Source: Squalus acanthias
Lineage: Eukaryota
Direction of reading: 5' to 3'
Assembly (NCBI GenBank): GCA_030390025.1
Contig: CM059432.1
Coordinates: 104,348,001 to 104,412,000 of the forward strand
DNA length: 64,000 nucleotides
A program made the translations under genes and the position numbers. Positions 11,780-23,965 of the stretch are shown one piece after another (the first letter of the stretch is position 1; each line of letters starts with the position of its first letter). The notes under the pieces are model-generated. The model ran no database searches. It saw only the letters and a list, made by a program, of their open reading frames with translations, and was not told where the DNA came from.

Positions 11780-13470
11780 GAGACGTGCTACATTGACACA
11801 AGTGCTGTCTTCAAACAGAGATCACGTCTCATTATTCAGATGGGCTTAAAAGTTCCCATGGCACTATTTGAAGAAGACAGTTCTCCCGATATCCTAGCCA
11901 AGTTTCCTCCTTCAACTAACATCACCATGTCCGATTAATTGGTCATTCATTTTATTTGCTGTTTGTGGGACCTTTTTCTTTCTTACTTGGGATGTGGGTG
12001 TCACTGGAAAGGCCTGCACTTTTGGCCCATTCCTAGTTGCCCTGAGAAGGTGGTGGGACCGTCTTCTTGAACTGCTGCAAAGTGTGTGGTGGAAGTGCAC
12101 TCAAGTTCGGTAGTTCTGGGATTTTGACACAGCGACAATGAAGGAACGGCGTTTATACGTCAGGATGGTGTGAGACTTGGAAGTGTTGGTGTTCCCATAC
12201 ACCTGCTGCCATTGTCCTTCTAGGTGGTGGAGATTGCGGGTTTGGGAGGTGCTACCGAAGAATCCTTGACGAAATACTACAGTGCACCCTGTAGATAGTA
12301 CACACTGCAGCCATAGTACCCCGGTGGTGGTTTGGATGATGGGCATTTAGGCTAGTTGATGAGGTGCCGATCAAGTGGACTGCTTTGTGTCCAGCATGGT
12401 GTTAAGCTTTTTGAGTGTTATTGCAGCTATACCCATCCAGGCAAGTGGAGTGTATTCCAGTTACACACCTGATTTGTGACTTGCCGGTGATGGAGAGGCT
12501 TTAGGGAGTCAGGAGGTGAGCCAGTAGGCCTTTGATCTACTCTACTAGCCACAGCATTTGTGGCTGATTCAGTTGAGTTTCCAGTCAGTGTTAACCCCGG
12601 GATGTTTATAGTGGGAGACTTTGTGATGGTAATGCTATTGAATGTCATGGGGAGGTGGTTCGGCTCTCATTGTAGATGGTTATTGCTAGGCTCTTGTATG
12701 GCACGAATCCGCCTAAGCCTGGATGTTGTCCAGGTCTTGCTGCATGTGGGGTTGGACTGCTTCATTATCTGAGGACTTGCGAATGGAGCTAAATGCTGTG
12801 CAATCATCAGCGAACAGCCCCACTTGTGATGAAGGGAAGACCATTGATGCAGCAGGTGAAGATAGGATGCTCCCTGAGAAACTCCTACAGCGATGTCCTG
12901 GGCCTGAGATGATTGGCCTGCTACAACCACAGCCATCTTCCTTTGTGCAAGGTATGACTCTAGCCACTGGAGAGTTTGCTTCTGATCCCCATGGACTTCA
13001 GTTTGACTAGAGCATCTTGGTGCCACATTCAGTCAAATGCTGCTTTGTTGTCAAAGGCAGTCACTCCTGCCTCACCCTCCTGGAATTCAGCTCGTGTCCA
13101 TATTTGGGACCACGGTTATAATGAGGTCTAGAGTCGAGTGGTTTTGGCAGAACCAAATTGTGCATCTGTGAGCAGGTTATCGGTGAGTATGCGCCACTTG
13201 GTTGCACTTTTGATGGCTCCTTCCAACACTTAGTTGATGATTGGGAGTAGGCTGATAGGGTGGTAATCTGGGTTGGTTTTGTCCTGCTTTTTGTGGACCG
13301 GACATACCTGGGCAGTTTCCCACATTGTCGCGTAGATGTTGAGCACAAATTGGCAGGCACATTTGTCGTCTTAAGTGATTACACTTCCAAAAAAAAGTAA
13401 TTGATTGCCTGTGAAGCATTTTGGGACAGCTTGAGGATGTGAAAGGTGCCCAATAAATGCAAGTTTGTGT
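11780..13470 (+). mobile_element. Deu-domain SINE split by a LINE (pieces ~11780-11975 and ~13345-13470)
   Basis: Deu-core cccatggcactatttgaagaag at ~11855; the L2-like tail (gtgaagcattttgggaca..aaaggtg..taaatgcaag) resumes after 13345. Confidence 0.72.
11975..13345 (-). mobile_element. LINE family B (RT-encoding non-LTR element, 3' end ...HHHLLKGN), degenerate
   Basis: GLFADDCT and MTFNSITITKSPTINI motifs; same 3' UTR (gggcaa.tagg.atggg..cccacatccc) as the copies at 13918, 29088 and 55157. Confidence 0.85.
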
Positions 13471-13519
13471 TTTCATTCCATAATGTGATGAGAAAGTACT
13501 TTCCTGCAGCTTCCCGATG

Positions 13520-13810
13520 GTTAAGGAAGGAAGTAGCTGAGCCATACAGACTAGGAGCATCCCAGATTTGATCCTCAGTCTGGACTTGCTTATCTATTCT
13601 CAGCTGAGTATGTGATAGGATGCTTCAGTTGGCTTAAGTGCTGCAGGTCTATAGAGGGAAACATTTGCTATTTCCTTGGAAGTACACATTAAAGGACAGC
13701 ATTTGGCTCGGATGTGACACATCAATAGTAGAATAGCCTGCTGACACTTGCTGTCTCGGCTAACATAGGAAGAAGGGTAAGATATTGGAGAGTGACTGGT
13801 GCCCATGAAA
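13520..13810 (+). mobile_element. Old SINE-like repeat (family C), degenerate
   Basis: Shares blocks (gagccatacagac, tctcagct, gaatagcctgctgacact) with 15898-16200, 26215-26480 and 37490-37880. Confidence 0.5.
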
Positions 13811-13917
13811 CTTTCCCATTTAAAAAAAAAAAGAGAAAACTGGTGAGAAAAAATATATTTTTTCAGTTTGTTCAATGGTCATTACCCAGTGTAATACTAA
13901 GCCATATGGTGCTAGGC

Positions 13918-15897
13918 TTTTTATTTGTTTATGGGACGTGGGTGTCACTGGCAAGACCAACATTTATTGCCCATCCCTAATTGCCCTTGAGAAGGTGGTG
14001 GTGAGCCGCCGCCTTGAACCACTGCAGTCCGTGTGGTGAAGGTACTCCCACAGTGCTGTTAGGTAGAGAGTTCCAGGATTTTGACCCAGCGACGATGATG
14101 GAAGGGTGATATACTTCTAAGTCAGGATGGTGTGTGACTTGGAGGTGGTGGTGTTCCCATGTGCCTGCTGCCCTTGTCCTTCTAGGTGGTAGAGGTCGCG
14201 GGTTTGGGAGGTGCTGCCGAAGGAGCCTTGGCGAGTTGCTGCAGTGCATCTTGTAGATGGTACACACTGCAGCCACGGTATGCCGGTGGTGGAGGGAGTG
14301 AATATTTAAGGTGGGTGGATGGGATGCCAATCAAGTGGGCTGCTTTGTCCTGGACGGTGTCGAGCTTCTTGTGTTGTTGGAGCTGCACTCATCCAGGCAA
14401 GTGGAGAGCATTCCATCATACTTCTGACTTGTGCCCTATCGATGGTGGAAAGGCTTTGGGGAGTCAGGAGGCACTCGCCGCAGAATACCTAGCCTCTGAC
14501 CTGCTCTTGTTGCCACAGTATTTATGTGGCTGGTCCAGTTAAGTTTCTGGTTAATGGTGACCCCCAGGATGTTGATGGTGGGTGATTCGGCGATGGTAAT
14601 GCCGTTGAATGGTCAAGGGGCGGTGGTCAGACTCTCACTTGTTGGAGATAGTCATTGCCTGGCACTTGTGTGGTGTGAATGTTACCTGCCACTTATCAGC
14701 CCAAGTCCAGGTCTTGTTGCATGCGGGCATGGACTGCTTCATTATCTGAGGAGTTGTGAATGGCACTGAACACTGTGCAGTCATCAGCGAACATCCCCAT
14801 TTCTGACCTTATGTTGGAGGGAAGGTCATTGATGAAGCAGCTGAAGATGGTTGGGCCTAGGACGCTGCCCTGAGTAACTCCTGCAGCGCTGTCCTGGGGC
14901 TGTGATTGACCTACAACCACCACAGCCATCTTCCTTTGTGCTAGGTATGACTCCAACAGTGGAGAGTTTCCCCCCTGCACCCCCCCCCCCCCGATTCCCA
15001 TTGACTTCAGTTTTACCAGGGCTCCTTGATGCCAAGCTCGGTCAAATGCTGCCTTGATGTCTAGGGCAGTCACTCTCACCTCACCTCTGGAATTCAGCTC
15101 CCTTGTCCATGTTTGGACCAAGGCTGGAATGAGGCTGGGAGCTGAGTGGTCATGGCAGAACCCAAACTGGGCATCAGTGAGCAGGTTATTATTGGTGAGT
15201 AAGTGCCGCTTGATAGCACTGTCGATTACGCCTTCCATCACTTTGCTGATGATTGAGAGTAGACTGATGGGGCGGTAATTGGCCGGATTGGATTTTTGTG
15301 GACAGGACATACCTGGGCAGTTTTCCACATTGTCGGATAGATGCCAACGTTGTAGCTGTACTGGAACAGCTTGGCTAGAGGCGCGGCTGGTTCTGGAGCA
15401 CAAGTCTTCAGCACGATAGCCAGGATGTTGTCGGGGCCCATAGCCTTTGCTGTATCCAGTGCGCTCAGCTGTTTCTTTATCACTTGGAGTGAATCGAATT
15501 GGCTGAAGACTGGCTTCTGTGATTGTGGGGCCCTCAGGAGTAGGCCGATATGGATCATCCACTCGGCACTTCTGGCTGAAGATGGTTGCAAACGCTTCAG
15601 CCTTGTTTTTTGCACTCACGTGCTGGGCTCCACCATCGTTGAGAATGGGGATATTCATGGAGCCGCCTCCTCCCGTTAGTTGCTTAATGGTCCACCACCA
15701 TTCGCAACTGGATGTGGCAGGACTGCAGAGCTTTGATCTTATCCGTTGATTGTGGGATCACTTAGCCCTGTCTATAGCATGCTGCTTCCGCTTTTTAGCA
15801 TGCAGCTTCCCCAGGTTGGCACCTCATTTTTAGGTATGCCTGGTGCTGCTCCTGGCATGCTCTTCTACACTCCTTATTGAACCATGGTTGGTCCCCT
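13918..15897 (-). mobile_element. LINE family B, 5'-truncated
   Basis: ORF 14696..15658: NYRPISLLSIISKVME, QFGF, ALDIKAAFDR, GVTQGSVLGP, MFADDCT; the 3' ORF 13977..14330 ends HHHLLKGN. Confidence 0.92.
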
Positions 15898-16200
15898 GTA
15901 TTCCCAAATAGCAATGAGTTAGCTGACCTCAAGCAGAGCAATAACAGGAGTGTTATAATTGGCCTCTGCTCGAAAGTGGAAAAATGAACCAGATTTTCTG
16001 ATCCTTATTGGTGTCCAGTGATCCTTGCTGGAAATTGTATGTGTGGACATCAGATAAAGACACGATCATGGTTGTCTGTGATGCCATCTACAATTGAATA
16101 GCCTCCTTACTCTCATTGGGCTCAAATAGGAAGATTGGCTAGTTGGGCAAGGTGCTTGAAGGGCTTTTGCAACTTTAATGCATATTTTAGCATTAGTCTG
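15898..16200 (+). mobile_element. SINE-like family C body; its head probably lies at ~13880-13917, on the other side of the LINE B copy
   Basis: gagttagctgacctca...ccagtgatccttgctggaaa..tgtgtggacat matches 37580-37740. Confidence 0.55.
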
Positions 16201-17632
16201 TGCATTCAGGAAGAGGAACAAAGTTCTATTGTCCCTCCTTCTTCTTTGTTCCATGGAGTGACAGACTCCTTTTGATAGTAATCCCTAATACTCAAAGATG
16301 ACAACTGTTGTGAGGAAAATCAGTCTTTGATGATTCGAATCAATGCTAGAGAGTCATGCTGTCCTGTATATTTCACAGTCCCATACAACTCATTTGGGGC
16401 CAACAGACAGCTGTTATTCTGTTTCCATTTCTTCAGGAGCTCAGTATGCTGGTAGGCTGACACCACCAGGTATTGCTGCTCACCAGCTCATGTGATTAGC
16501 TGCAAGATTTTCTCAGCTGTAATGTTGAGATAATATAGCTTAAGATTGTGCTTGAGCATGTATTCATATATCTTGCTACCCACCCTGGTTCTGCTTGGCC
16601 TGTTCCAGTTTGCTGTGTAGCATCTTTTTTGGCACTGTTGTCTTCCTTGCAGATTACATGGTCTCGATTGCAATGGTTTTGCTACGCTTGAGGATCTCGC
16701 AGTTAGTTATTTTTTCCTGCCACTTGATTTGCATGATGGACTTCGAGTGTTCGAAGTGGAATTTGTTAAGCTGCCAAATATTATGCCGTTCACATGTCCA
16801 GAGCTCTCCTATATGGAAGGATGGTGATGACAACAGTGTACATTTTTCTACAATACGAGTTTGACTTCATACTCATTCGAGACGTGCTTTTTCAGTCTTT
16901 CAATTGCAGAAATGGATTTCCTGATGGAGGTTTGTCATACACTAGTGTATCATTTAACGACTCATTGTCCACAAGTGTTGACGACATTTAGTTCAGTATT
17001 ACCAATGATGATAGTTTGGTAGTGTATCAACCAGCCCTAAGAAAACAAGACATCATTTTTTTCAGGCTTATGATAAGGTGATACTTGGTTGCTGCTGTGG
17101 CAAACCAATCCGTGTTGAATGTCTGCGCAAGCCTGTGCTCGAAGTAAACACAGGCTCATGTATGAGCTCCCGTGACCTTTGTGGAGGCTTGTTTACTCGG
17201 GTTGAAGAGCTTCCGGGTACGTGGAAGGCCATGTCTAATCCTCTTATGTCATCAAGCACCACAGTTAAAGAGGCTTGGTGCAAGCACAAATCCTGTTTAA
17301 TTCCAGCAATCATCATCAACCATGCTACCAAGTGCTCTATATGGAGCTGACTCACCATCTGGATCAATCTCTCTTGGCACCCAAACTTGGCCAGCAGCTA
17401 CTACAAGTCCAGTTAGCTGACTGTCAAAAGTCTTGGTCAAGTCAATGAAGACCATGTACAGGTCTTTTATGCTGCTCCACATTTTTCCTGAATCTGCTGA
17501 GTGATAAAAACAGTGATGTTGCAGTTTGCTCTTAAGCCATAATATGCCTTTGGGAGGATTGAGTCAACATTTTGAAACAGCTGATTGAGAAGCACTCTTA
17601 TGAATTTTTTCCATCTATTAAAATAAATGAAA

Positions 17633-17967
17633 ATGAGAAGTCGCACAACACCAGGTTATAGTCCAACAGATTTATTTAAAATTACAAGCTTTCGGAGCTG
17701 TCGCCCCTTCGTCAGGTAGAGTTACTGTGAGACAATCTACCAGAATTCACAGAATATAAACACAGAGAAAATGCAGAGATTCAATCTATCCCTACATCAA
17801 AGACATACTAAGAGCACAGCCAAGACAATGAGATGTGTCCCAGGGGGTCCAACGTGTCAAAACACCTGCTGGCTGCATATCCTCTCCATTTGGGTTTGTT
17901 TCTTGTGTTTGTTTTTTTAAAAAGCTGGCAAGACCGGCAACGATGTCAAGTCACGTTCTGTAGCGTG
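17633..17967 (-). mobile_element. PLE family B 3' terminal (pLTR) fragment inserted in the RTE
   Basis: Reverse complement of ~30015-30356; 10-bp TSD ataaatgaaa at 17623-17632 and 17968-17977. Confidence 0.88.
17683..17718 (-). ncRNA. Minimal hammerhead ribozyme motif (PLE family B)
   Basis: TAC-CTGACGA-A-GGGGC-GACA-GCTCC-GAAA-GC-TT-GTA. Confidence 0.85.
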
Positions 17968-18987
17968 ATAAATGAAATTCCTCTAAGTGCCACAGTCCTT
18001 TTAGTCTCTCTTATGCTTATAAATGCTAACTATTATTGCATTCTTTAAATCTTGTGGGATGGTGGCATCTCTCCAGATGGTTTGGAAACATTTTGTGTAG
18101 TTGGTAAGTGACAGCCCCAGTGCCGCACATGTCAATATCTGCAAGGTTTTGCATCTGGTTCTGGAGCTTTACAGTTGTATTTGCCTGATGGCTTCATTAA
18201 CCATGGCAGTTATAAGGATCTCCATATTTATGTTTTGGCCGCTGTGTGAATGTGGGATTTGTACATATTGATGGCTGGTCTATTCAGTAGTTTATCAAAG
18301 TGCTTGCACCGTCTTTATGCAATCCTAGCTTTGCAGTGACCAGAGGAGCACCATCTGCAATCTTCAGAGTTCCAGTATTGTTATATTTGGGGCTGTCTAC
18401 TTCCTTTAGTGCATCATAGAAGCTCTTTGTGTCATTTTGGTTGACATTTGATTTTATTGGATTTTATCAGCTTTTTTTTGTCTTTTATTTGCTGCAATTT
18501 AGCTTGGACCAGATAACTAACATTTTTGTAGTTTGCTTTCATTGCAGTAGAGTTATCTAGTGACCACCCCACCTCTGCTTGAAGTAGCGTCACTTATGAG
18601 AGATACCATTGGAATCCTTCCCTAGTAGGGAGTCAACACCTTCAAGAAAGGAAGAATAGAGAAAATTGAGGGAATTTGTTTTTAACTAACGCCTTTCCAG
18701 AAAAATACTGCCGTTCTCTGGGACCATGTCGGTGACTGAGGCATGAAAATAAGACACAAATCTATAAGATGTTAATACAAATACTAGTTTTATGTGAACT
18801 CTGCATTATGTTTTTTGTCTTAAACCTCTCATCATATACATGTTTACAAGTGTTTTGTGAATTTTCAAGTTCTTTAGTCCCTTTCACTTTTCAGTCATTT
18901 ATTTAATATTTCTGTTTTGTCTGTGTTTCTTTTTAAAGTGGTTTTATTGATCTTGCCTCTTTTATTATTTATAATCTTTCCAACATA

Positions 18988-19428
18988 AAGAAGAAAGAAT
19001 TTGCATTTATATAGCACCTTTCACAACCTCAGGATGTCCCAAGCACTTAAGAATAGTGACTATACTTCAAAAAAAAAAATTCATATGTAGGCGAATGCAG
19101 CAGCCAGTTTGCGCACAAGTTCCCACAAACGGCAAATAAGATAAATAATCAATGAATCTGTTTTTATGGTGTTGGTCAATGGATAAATGTTGGACAGCAC
19201 ATAGGGAGAATTTCCTTGCTCCTCAAATTGATGCATGGGATCTTTTACATCCACATGAACAGGCAGATGGGGCCTCGATTTAACATCTGATCTGAAAAGT
19301 AGCACCTCCGATAACGCAGTACACCTTCGGAAATGCACTGAACTGTCGGCCTAGATTAGTCCTGGAGTAGGCCTTGAATTCACGATCTTCTGAGTCAGTG
19401 ACAAGAGTGCGATCACTGAGCCAAGTTG
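18988..19428 (-). mobile_element. Deu-domain SINE (SacSINE1-like)
   Basis: On the minus strand: tRNA-like head (ggctcagtg), Deu core (gatgtaaaagatcccatgc) and L2-like tail ending in (TTTC)n. Confidence 0.82.
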
Positions 19429-19551
19429 ATGAAGTATATTTCAGTTTTCAAAAACAAATTAATTCCTACATTTTACAGCTCTAGTTTAATATTTTAGATT
19501 AACCTATTTATTTTATTAGTGAAACTAAATAAAATTCTGTTTCCTCTACAG

Positions 19552-19802
19552 AACAATTGCTGAACAGAATACGACAAGATGCCAAAGATGACAATGAGAT
19601 CCACAAGCGACTAAATAAAGTCAATCGATACATTGGGGAAAAAATAATGGACATTAATAAGCAGTGGCGAAAAGCCAAAGCAGAAATATCAAAGTTTAGG
19701 AACTGTGAGTGTGAGATGGGGTTAAAATGTGAGACTCATGCACATTGTGAAAGATCTGAAGTACCTATCAAGGAAGAGATTGAAACCTTTATCTATGAAT
19801 AA
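19552..19802 (+). CDS. Candidate host coding exon (phase 1), product not recognised; either terminal (stop at 19800-19802) or internal ending at 19704
   Basis: Acceptor ttctgtttcctctacAG ends at 19551. Open frame QLLNRIRQDAKDDNEIHKRLNKVNRYIGEKIMDINKQWRKAKAEISKFRN... in non-repeat, AT-rich flanks. A GTGAGT donor at 19705 would give a 153-nt symmetric exon. Confidence 0.6.
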
Positions 19803-20044
19803 TCTAGTGAGAACTAATATGTCTTGCATGATCAGAAAGTTCTGTTCATGGAAATTCTGGTTATTAATGGTGTATAACTGTTATTTGATTTGACTACAGT
19901 GAAATCTGCTTGTACTCTTATCATTTGTTTACCATAGAATGGTACCACAGAAAACTTTCCTATTAATTTCTGTATAACTGTCCAGTTTTTTATCACAATG
20001 TTAAATCAGTGGAAATGTACAGATAATTCAGCACATTGTTGTAG

Positions 20045-20645
20045 AATTTTACAGAAGGAAGCCATTTGGCCCATTGCGCCTGTGCCGCCTCTCGGAGCTA
20101 TCTACTTATTTCCCATTCCCTGCCCTTCTCCCATATCCTTTTTAAAAATTCAAATAATTATCCAAATAATTAGCGTTAAAGGCTATTCTAGATTCTGCTT
20201 TTATCACTGTTTCCATGTCCTAACAACCCTCTGAGTTTAAAAATAAATAATTCTCTTAGCTTTTCCTTTTGTTGTTTTTGGTAATGATCTTAAATTTATG
20301 CCCTCTAGTTACCTAGTCATCAATCAATGGATATAGTTTTTCTCTCTTTACCTTTTCAAAGCCCTTTATAATTTTGAATACTGTATCAGATCTCCTCTTG
20401 ACTTTGACTGTGGTATTATGAAACACTGCCATTATCTGTGGTCTGTCCTCATAACTAAATCTTCTCATCTTTGATATGATCTTAGTGAATCTCTCCTGTG
20501 CTCTGTCTATGGCCTTGCTGTCCTTCCCAAAGTAAGTCGAACAAAACCGGATGTAAAATTCAAACTGTGGCTTAATCAATGCTATGTATAGCTTTAGCAT
20601 TACCTCTTTGCTTTTGTATTCAATGTCCCAATTTATAAAAAAAGG
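20045..20645 (-). mobile_element. Degenerate CR1 3' fragment
   Basis: ORF 20313..20648: IEYKSKEVMLKLYIALIKPQFEFY. Confidence 0.8.
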
Positions 20646-20674
20646 CACTATATAAATGCAAGTCTTTTTCTTTC

Positions 20675-20985
20675 CATCATCAGTGAACAGCCCTACTTCT
20701 AACCTTGTAATAGAGGGAAGATCATCGATGAAGCATCTGAAGATAGTTGGGCCCAGGGCGCTGTCCGGAGGAACTCTTGCTGCGATGTCCTGGGGCTGAG
20801 GTGATTGGCCTCAAATAATCACAACCATCTTCCATTGTGCTAAGTATGACTCCAGCCACTGGAGAGTCATCTTTCTCCCCCCACCCTGCCAGATCCTCAT
20901 TGACTTGAGTTTTACTGGGGCTCCTTGGTGCTATATTAGGTCAAATGCTGCCTTGATGTCAAGGGCAGCCATTCTTACCTCAGAG
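20675..20985 (-). mobile_element. LINE family B internal RT fragment
   Basis: Matches 14790-15090 (gtcaaatgctgccttgatgtc, ttgggcc.agg.cgctg). Confidence 0.78.
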
Positions 20986-22389
20986 GTGAACTTATCCTCT
21001 CACTTTTATGGGTATGCTTATTGGAGTCTCTAAGTCTCCCTGCTTCTCTACTCTTTTTACAGTTTTACCATTTTATTATATATTTCCCATCCTTATTCTT
21101 CCCCTCAATGTTTTGCCTTGCATTTCTCATTATTAAATTTCAACTCATCATACCATTGGAATTAACTGAGAAGTTTGCACTAAAAAAAAAATTGAAACTG
21201 TATTGCCATCTACTGTGCATGCACAACTTTCCAATTCTCCTCTGCTGCCTTCTTCATAAAAGGGACAATATCATGCCTTCCACTCCTTCAGCTGCTATAG
21301 ATTTTTTTTTTTAAAGCTCAGCAATAATTATTCTGGAAGCTATGGAAGCTCGAGTCCGTCAAAGAAAATATTAATCTTTTCCTTCAATTGTGTTGTCCAT
21401 TCATGTATAAAGCCTCCTAAAATACTCTATCTTAGCATTCCCAGTTATGCTTTTTAACCATCATTCCCACATCTTACCTTCCTACTAGGTTGGCTTGTGT
21501 TACATCAACAAATGCTGCATTCACTGCTGTTATATGTGCCGTGTTCTCTTGTTGCAGTGTTTATGTATTGGCAGCAACTGCCACAAATTTAAGCTGTTAT
21601 AACTGGACACAGATGTGATGATTTCTCCACATTTGTTAATCATGGATTCACATTTTGAAAATGGTCAAATCCACTTCTCTGCACAAAGCTTAGACCCCTG
21701 TTAGCAAAACCATCGATAGCTGCCTATTTTGAATATGCAAAAAAAAAAATCTGACCATTGAAGGGCACTTTGTAGGATTATTGAAGTGCTATTCTCCCAT
21801 AACAGCTTCTATGGAGAACAACTTAAAAAATTAATATAAAGGGCTATTGTGTGGTACTTGGTGAATAATAGATGCCCTTAAATGGATACTGTCTGATAAT
21901 TCAGTTGAGGAGTTTGGATGTATAATAAACTGAGTAAAGTAATAGTACTTTATACAAGTCATTTCAATCCTGACATTAGATTTACAGTTTTTAATTTAAA
22001 TGGAACAATAGTTATGGGCTACGTGAGCCCACAGAACTGCCACTTTTTTGAACAATGAATTACAGGATAATTTACGAGCTCCTATTTTATAGAAGTAGTA
22101 CATAGTGTGAAAAATTGGAATGCAGTAATTCATTTGTCATCAGTCTGTTGACCAGAAAAAATCTTGGCTGTGCTTGCCCCTTTAAGAAACATTTTCAGAT
22201 AGAACTGCATAATCAACATTTTTGAAATAACTAAAGGAAGGAATGCTAATAAGGGTGGAAGGAAATCAATAATGTGAAGATTAAGAGGTATTTTGTGCAA
22301 AACTATATCATAATGCAAAGACTGACTATAAATTTAAAAAGCCACAAGCTGAACTAAAGTTAAGGAATAAATACATTATCAGAGTCATT

Positions 22390-23085
22390 GGGGGCAAAAT
22401 TCAGTAGGTTAGCGCCTACAGTTGGCACCTGTCGGGGGCGCTCAGGCAGTAGAACCCCGCCGCACGCCAAATTTGCCGGCCACATAGCGCCGGCGATAAG
22501 TTAGCGCCTCGGTCCCTTTCGCCATGCAGATCGTGACGTCAGCGAGTGTGCAACGCTGGCTGGCTGCCCGATCTGAAAACTTCAGTAGCGCCTCCTGCCT
22601 TACCACCTTGCACCGACAGCGCCAGGGAGCGGAGGCGTGAACTAGGCGGCTGGCAGGACGCTACTTAAAGCTGTCAAGGAGCTTCCATTCGAAAGGTCAG
22701 TTATGAGTGGCAGAGAGCGCAGGATGTATCTGCAGCCAAATAAAGGCTGCTTAGTGTTGGGGGTCGTCAAAGCACTTTGCATTTCATCTCCCTGCATATG
22801 GCCGTTCTGCACTCCGCGAATCATTGGGAGCTGGTGTGCAGACTCCAGTGACCCTCTTTAATAGCTGGAAGGCGCCTGTGCCAATGCTCACTTCCGATTA
22901 CACAACACCTCATTCGTTATCGCTTGGAGCCTTACGCCACTAGTGCCTGATTTAGCGCTTCCCCTGCATTCTTTGAGTGCTGAAACTGAATTTAGCAGCC
23001 AGCGAGCTTGATTAGCGCCTGGCGCTAAATTTCCAACTTCTCAAAAGTTAGCGCCCCTTTCTGGACGCTACTGAATTTCTCCCCT
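22390..23085. mobile_element. Non-autonomous Harbinger/PIF-type MITE (TAGCGCC family)
   Basis: TIR GGGGGCAAAATTCAGTAG vs the right end's reverse complement AGGGGAGAAATTCAGTAG; 3-bp TSD ATT (22387-22389, 23086-23088). It interrupts a decayed CR1 3' end (..QRVI|DLWNRLP). Confidence 0.85.
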
Positions 23086-23714
23086 ATTGACTTGTGGAAT
23101 AGACTACCACCTTAGGAGATGCATGCTTGTCCAGTTAAAGCATTCAGAAAGGAATTTAATCAATTTCTGATTCAGTAAAACGTTAGAAGGATGGATGTTT
23201 GGGCAGAATCTTATTTAAATTGTACGAGGGGTACCTGATTGATGGAGCCTTTCATTGTTGATACATCTTTTTCCTTCCCTTTTTAAATCCCATTTAAAAG
23301 TAAACAAATGGCAGTGATTCTTCCATTATTTCCCCCTTACATCTGTTCCAGCCTATGAGAATCTTAAAATAGAATTACTTTTTTTGGCTTGAACATTTCA
23401 ATATAATAAATTAACTTATTCGTGTCTCTGTCCCCTCACCCCTGCCAGTTTAAGTAGATTTTCAAGTTCTGCCTCAATTGCAGCAAGTCAGAAGGATTGG
23501 AAACCCATCTGCATTACTGACTCGCATGCAATGCTACTGCTTCCCTATACTTATCCGGCATTTGGTGGTGCAATGGATTACAAATTTATCTTTCACCTCT
23601 GGGACCTTGGTCCTCCGGCCAAAACTACTGGGATTAAACTACTGGTTTAACTACTAGGTTCCTCTGTAGGGTGCCGGTGACTGAGCGATCCTATGTGGAA
23701 TGATATAGGTAGGA

Positions 23715-23965
23715 ACACCACCACCTCCAAGTTCCCCTCCAAGTCTCACACCATCCTGATTTGGAAGTATATCGCGTTCCTTCATCGTCGCTGGGTGAAA
23801 ATCCTGGAACTCCCTACCTAACAGCACTGTGGGAGTACCTTCACCATACGGACTGCAGCAGTTCAAGAAGGCGGCTCACCACCACCTTCTCAAGGGCAAT
23901 TAGGGATGGGCAATAAATGCTGGCCTTGCCAGTGACGCCCACGTCCCATGAATGAATAAAAAAAG
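23715..23965 (+). mobile_element. LINE family B 3' end
   Basis: caccaccttctcaagggcaattagggatgggcaataaatgctggccttgcc...gaataaaaaaa. Confidence 0.88.

Larger units (their letters stand above)
16370..18560 (-). mobile_element. Degenerate RTE-clade LINE
   Basis: LYMVFIDLTKTFDS (17297..17482), a GIKQ block resembling GVKQGC, RGIS across the PLE insertion, and KADKIQ..SFYDALKEV near 18400-18480. Confidence 0.75.

Noticed and set aside
21500..21830. Unique non-repeat stretches that look like conserved non-coding elements (also ~27050-27250, 58500-58830, 61500-61900)
   Set aside because: Conservation cannot be judged without cross-species alignment.
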